From: Balanoglossus misakiensis
Lineage: Eukaryota > Animalia > Hemichordata
Reading direction: 5' to 3'
Assembly: GCA_040954595.2 (NCBI GenBank)
Contig: CM082594.2
Coordinates: forward strand, 2,899,319-2,963,318
Length of the DNA stretch: 64,000 nucleotides
Under the pieces are notes generated by a model that saw nothing but the letters and a program-made list of their open reading frames with translations, was not told the origin of the DNA and did no database searches. Shown here piece by piece: positions 61,197-64,000 of the stretch (within the stretch, counting starts at the first letter, position 1; each line of letters begins with the position of its first letter). A program made the position numbers and the translations under genes.

Positions 61197-62270
61197 TGTT
61201 ACAGTGATCACAAAGTGGGTGAGGTTTTACCAATTGGAGTGGTGTAGATGGTGTGTGGCAATGAATTGGGTGTGCACCCGTGTATATATATATAGGAGTG
61301 TGTGAGGGCGTTGCATGTGTTAATAATAGGATCAAGAACAATGGGAACAATAGATGAGAATGTTTAGGCCTTTGGGTGATAGTGTGACACTATTCTCACC
61401 TGCATTTGCGCCCCTGAAATTACATACGATACACAGGCACAGGGAAATACTCACAAGGATAAGAACGCCTCTGGTCATTACGGAAGGAAACTTTAAACAA
61501 AAACATAACAAATTTTAAACAACCACAAATAATTGTATGTTCAACTCTATCTATTTCTTGTGACAAGACTGCCCCTGTAACCGTTGCACTCGCATCTGTG
61601 TCTAAAATGAATGGCCCTTTATCTGTAGGAAAAGCTAACACAGGAGCTGAGGTTAACAGTCCTTTTAATTCATCACAGGCAGACTGACACTCAGAAGTCC
61701 AAGAAAATAATGCATGTTTACGTGTTAGTTCAATCAAGGGCTTTGCAATAGTGGCAAAGACTCTAATAAAACGCTGATAGTATGAGGCCAAACCAAAGAA
61801 GCTACGCACTTCAGACACAGTGCTGGAAGTGGGCCAATTATTGATTGTCGCAACAGGTCCATACCTAAAATGCCAGCTGACCAATTCAGTGTGTCTGCCA
61901 CAAGGATGAATTTTAATCGTCACCCTACCCAATAGTGAGACGTGCAATCTGTTCGCCTGTATAAGGTAATTGACAACATCAATCAAGTGAGGACGCTCTT
62001 TTTCCGGAATGAGGAGGAAAAATTCCTTCGAAATTATTGAGTGCGTACAGCCGGTACCAACTAAATATTATTTCTGTGTAACACCATGTAAATTCACATC
62101 AATCAACATCATTCGAATGGATTCTGGACTGCTGCTACAGACGTCATCACCAGCTTTTGCAATAACGGGATTTTACATGCCCCTGGCTAACTTCTTTCTT
62201 AGTAAGTCACCTTCGATTTTTGACGAGACACGAAAACTCCTGACCGGACGTACACCAAATTGACTTTGCC
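61197..62270 (-). mobile_element. Internally deleted, decayed Gypsy retrotransposon relic with a short 3' LTR (61197-61388)
   Basis: Degenerate protease YLVGTGCTHSIIS joined to VRSFFGLASYYQRFI...IAKPL...FILDTDAS...GAVLSQ; PPT-like GCAGGTGAGAATAG then TGTCACA...TGTAACA with a TATA-like run. Confidence 0.82.
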
Positions 62271-62485
62271 GAAAAATGGGAGAGGCTGGCTGGATCTGGG
62301 AAAATTTGTCAATAACCAATTTGGAGGTACCAAAATACCAAAGGTGAAAGCCGATATCGAGATCAATTGAAATGTAAAATTTCTACACCAGGCCCTTTCC
62401 ATGTTGAGATCTGTAATAACTTACATAGAAGGTACACGCGAGTACACACCGCACATATTGTCTACTTATAATTTTTACTTATTAA

Positions 62486-62802
62486 AGGGACAAAGTCTCT
62501 CTTTCGCTGCCCATTTTCTATTATATACAAAACACCGTTTATATTATTTTACGTGTGGATATATAGTGAATCAACGTTCGACCACACACAACTTCCATCC
62601 CGCTTGTAGACACGAGAGTGAAAAAACCTGCCAAAATGAAAAATCGGTGTTTACCGTTTATTCATTTTGGCAAGATTTTTACTCTCATATCCTACAAACA
62701 GGATGGAACTTGTGTGAGGTCGAACGTTGATTCACTATATATCCACATTTAGAATAACATAAACGGTGTCTTGTATCTTGCAAACAAAATTAATGGGAAA
62801 AA
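62486..62802. mobile_element. Kolobok-type MITE, inverted and one-end-truncated copy of 49552-49897
   Basis: TTAA-AGGGACAAAGTCTCTCTTTCGCTG and shared internal palindrome CGACCACACACAACTTCCATC. Confidence 0.8.
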
Positions 62803-64000
62803 GACAGGGTGACAGCAAAACAAAGACTACTGACTTAACATTATACTCGGGCACTCAGACATAATATACAATAAATAAGACAACTGGTCAAAAAGTGACA
62901 ACTGCAAACTCCCATTCATGATCATGCAAGTGTTGCAAGACATTATAGAAAAAAATGATGTTAGTGGCTTGCAGGGTAGCCACCAAAATACGTATGGCGC
63001 CGTAAAATTGACATTTCCTTAATTTTTTTAATGTTTTATATGTACTTAAATGACTGATCTTCTCCACATTTGCAATGACTCAGGCTGGAGGACACGGTCA
63101 GAGAGAAAATTCGTTGTGGTGAATAAATAGTTAGAGCCACACGAAATCGCAGTAACTTACCCTAGTCACTAGTGACTGTAACGCGAGTGTTGTTCTTCAG
63201 ACTATCCAAAGGCCAATGACTATGTGTTAATGAAAGAACATCTGAATTTATAACCTGACCTACATTGTATACTGTGGGCTCTTTGCCAAGCTATCAAAGA
63301 CTGCTTAGATATAATCATGGGCGAGTGTCAAGATTTGACCTGTCTTGTCATACAACTGATGTCTGTACGGTTTGTGGTGCAATCCACTAATCGTGAGATT
63401 GTATAAGATGAGGACACGCACCAATCAGTTTGTCAGTGCAAACAATATTACGAGCCTAAAACTGAATAAAGTGGGTCCTACGTCGCTTAATTATTTTGAA
63501 TTAATTAGCAGCTTTAAAGACAAAACCGCGGGCATTTTATCGCCATCCTTCCACCTTGCTACGATCAAGCGCCACAAGTCGAGTTTGAATCGACGCGTTT
63601 GAAACGAGTTAAAATGCCTCTATTTTGTTCATACTTTTCTAAGCTAAGAGTTGCATTGGACTTAAATATCACAATTTGTTTGAAGCTTTATAGGAATGGC
63701 GACTTTGAAATGACCTTCGGCTGTTCACTGAGTGGACTTTAGCGACATCATTTGTATCTTATCTCAGTTAAACTTGATAAATACCACGTCGAGATATTTG
63801 TAGAGGACAAACTGTAAGATAAAGACATGATGGATCGATAATATTGATCGGTAAGAGATGATATCTATGGTGACGATAGCTTTACCGTTGTTCAATTCAG
63901 CATGAGTCAAAATGTTTTTTATCAGCCAACAATTGAAAAATACATAGTTGCAACATCACCGCCAGTACGCTTGTTCGCGACTGCATTGTCGCCAATCTGT

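Noticed and set aside
63155-63230. Possible first coding exon of gene B (GTAAGT donor near 63160)
   Set aside because: Stop codon in the phase needed to join the lectin exon and no signal peptide; could be non-coding but is unsupported

Overview
AT-rich, intron-rich eukaryotic DNA, probably from a marine invertebrate. No prokaryotic features, rRNA/tRNA genes or CRISPR arrays were seen. (1) 1-6505 (+): an apparently intact Ty3/Gypsy LTR retrotransposon whose 5' LTR lies outside the window. Gag is RRM + PNMA-like capsid + CCHC knuckle; a -1 slippery site with a predicted pseudoknot leads into PR-RT-RH-IN Pol, followed by a 643-bp 3' LTR. The LTR holds a perfect 65-bp duplication running exactly from the predicted transcription start to a splice donor, suggesting a way to keep an intron through reverse transcription; this is the most unusual signal in the window. 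(2) 6796-~22987 (-): gene A, a type II membrane mosaic protein (TM, 5 copies of an unrecognised Cys-bonded beta-rich domain, C-type lectin, 5 LDLa), with a decayed Crypton tyrosine-recombinase element in its probable first intron, itself split by a foldback TIR element. (3) 24301->=60089 (-): gene B, about 60 exons and 3600 aa (3 C-type lectins, EGF-like/Cys-rich modules, many FN3-like repeats, a DUF642-like domain); N-terminus not found. (4) Many MITEs, hairpin elements, microsatellites, a Penelope-like RT scrap and a second, deleted Gypsy relic near 61.2-62.3 kb. Exon coordinates were read by eye from GT/AG sites and reading-frame continuity and may be off by a few nt; all domain names come from motif recognition, not database searches.
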